Origin: an uncultured beta proteobacterium
GTDB lineage: Bacteria; Pseudomonadota; Gammaproteobacteria; Burkholderiales; Rhodocyclaceae
Reading direction: 5' to 3'
Assembly: GCA_963822375.1 (NCBI GenBank)
Contig: CAWGHV010000032.1
Coordinates: forward strand, 12,442 to 76,441
DNA length: 64,000 nt
A model generated the notes under the pieces. It ran no database searches. It saw only the letters and a program-made list of their open reading frames with translations, and was not told the origin of the DNA. Each line of letters starts with the position of its first letter. The stretch's first letter is position 1. The position numbers were made by a program, and so were the translations under genes. Of this stretch, positions 62,811 to 64,000 are shown in pieces.

Positions 62811-63416
62811 ATGTCTGTCGCGAGTAAAGACAGTGCAGTTGAGCAGCCGAGACTGATCAAGAAGTATCCCAACCGGCGCTTGTACGATACGCGGACCAGC
62901 GCATACATCACGTTGGCGGACGTCAAGGAGTTGGTCCTGCGGAATGAAGAGTTCCATGTCGTCGATGCCAAGACGAACGATGATCTCACCCGCAGCATCC
63001 TGCTCCAGATCATCATCGATGAGGAAGCCGGCGGGGTGCCGATGTTCACCAGCGACCTTCTGTCGCAGATGATCCGCTTCTACGGCGATGCGATGCAGGG
63101 CATGATGGGCAAGTACCTGGAGAACAACATCCGGGCGTTCACCGACATGCAGGGGAAACTGCAGGAGCAGGCGCGCGCGATGTATGGCGAGAACAATCCT
63201 ATGAGCAAGGATCTATGGGCGCAATTCTTGAGCTTCCAGGGACCGGCCTTGCAGAGCATGATGGGTGCGTACGTCGAGCAAAGCCAGAAACTGTTTTCGC
63301 AGATGCAAGAGCAGATTCAGGCCCAGACGCGAACCTTGCTTGCTGGTTTCAAGATCCCGAATTTCAACGGTCCGGCGGGCGAAAACGAACAACAAGAAAG
63401 CGCCGAGAACAAGTAG
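62811..63416 (+). CDS. phaR: polyhydroxyalkanoate synthesis repressor PhaR
   Basis: RLIKKYPNRRLYDTRTSAYITLADVKELVLRNEEFHVVDAKTNDDLTRSILLQIIIDEE is the hallmark PhaR N-terminal domain. Confidence 0.92.
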   Translation: MSVASKDSAVEQPRLIKKYPNRRLYDTRTSAYITLADVKELVLRNEEFHVVDAKTNDDLTRSILLQIIIDEEAGGVPMFTSDLLSQMIRFYGDAMQGMMGKYLENNIRAFTDMQGKLQEQARAMYGENNPMSKDLWAQFLSFQGPALQSMMGAYVEQSQKLFSQMQEQIQAQTRTLLAGFKIPNFNGPAGENEQQESAENK

Positions 63417-63452
63417 CGCCTGCCGGCCGACGCCGGTACCGAAGCCTACCGG

Positions 63453-63623
63453 ATGGCGCGCGTGACCGCTGCACTAGCGCCGAAGGTGGGCTTCGTCTGT
63501 CCTGGATGCCCGAAGCCTCTGGTCGATTCCAAAACGCGTCTTACCGCGCCCGGCGACTTGGTTTGGGCATGCGTCACCGATTCCGATGCTCATGGTCCCT
63601 TCACCGAGTTTGTCGCGAAATAG
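63453..63623 (+). CDS. hypothetical 56-aa protein with a CPGC motif (below the ORF-track cutoff)
   Basis: Manual translation gives MARVTAALAPKVGFVCPGCPKPLVDSKTRLTAPGDLVWACVTDSDAHGPFTEFVAK. Third-position G+C is only moderate and there is no clear RBS. An antisense ORF (63474..63884) competes with it. Confidence 0.2.
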   Translation: MARVTAALAPKVGFVCPGCPKPLVDSKTRLTAPGDLVWACVTDSDAHGPFTEFVAK

Positions 63624-63704
63624 CGAAATGGGTTGCCTGCCTTGGCATCTATGCACGATACGCGCAGCCCGGCTTATGGCAACGCGCCCCACGTGAGGTC
63701 GCCG

Positions 63705-64000
63705 ATGTCTCTCACGGGACAGCTGCGCAGCATCGTTGGCCGCGCGGCCGTGCTCGATGCCGAGGCGGAGATGACCCCCCACCTCGAAGACTGGCGCGGC
63801 CGCTACCGCGGGCGGGCGCGTTGCATCGTCAAGCCCGGAAGCACCGAGGAAGTGGCGCGGGTGGTGCGGCTGCTGACGCAACATGGCATACCGATCGTTC
63901 CGCAGGGCGGGAACACCGGTCTTTGCGGCGCGGCCACGCCCGACGGCAGCGGGGACGCGGTGGTGATCGCCATGTCGCGGCTCGCTCGAGTGCGCGCCAT
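63705..64000 (+). CDS. FAD-linked oxidase (GlcD / D-2-hydroxyacid dehydrogenase family), N-terminal part running off the window
   Basis: Manual translation from ATG 63705 gives MSLTGQLRSIVGRAAVLDAEAEMTPHLEDWRGRYRGRARCIVKPGSTEEVARVVRLLTQHGIPIVPQGGNTGLCGAATP. This is the FAD_binding_4 N-terminal pattern, and GAGG lies 7 nt upstream. Confidence 0.8.
   Translation, partial: MSLTGQLRSIVGRAAVLDAEAEMTPHLEDWRGRYRGRARCIVKPGSTEEVARVVRLLTQHGIPIVPQGGNTGLCGAATPDGSGDAVVIAMSRLARVRA

Overview
High-G+C chromosomal segment with the gene order typical of a betaproteobacterium (taxon is inferred from synteny only). Most of it is housekeeping: valS-holC-pepA / lptFG; ilvIHC-psd-pssA-tRNA-Leu-rnr-rlmB; rpsF-priB-rpsR-rplI-dnaB; murI; alaA-GNAT-hom-thrC; nadC; bamD / rluD-pgeF.

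Accessory-looking content:
- A four-gene ECF sigma / DUF3619 / DUF3106 / RDD module.
- A lipid A aminoarabinose (arn) operon with an unusual gene order, a leading DUF498 gene and an embedded SSAT-like GNAT.
- An EpsD-type lipoprotein PPIase, ManC and a roughly 1360-aa CheB-CheR-PAS-histidine kinase.
- A polyhydroxyalkanoate (PHA) locus. It carries a canonical class III phaE-phaC pair, plus a divergent, more A/T-rich second PhaC-type synthase with an N-terminal helical extension. It also has an HSD10-type dehydrogenase, a thiolase and a split HadAB-like MaoC hydratase. phaB-phaR lie 3.8 kb away. This locus is my best candidate for something not yet described.

I saw no rRNA, CRISPR array, transposase, integrase or phage genes.

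Major caveat: many genes, including essential ones (dnaB, valS, ilvC, hom), are broken by single-base frameshifts. These cluster in dense blocks, while long neighbouring genes are intact. I read them as assembly or sequencing indels and label such genes pseudogene only in the as-assembled sense.

All family assignments come from motif recognition by eye, and no searches were run. Frameshift positions are approximate.
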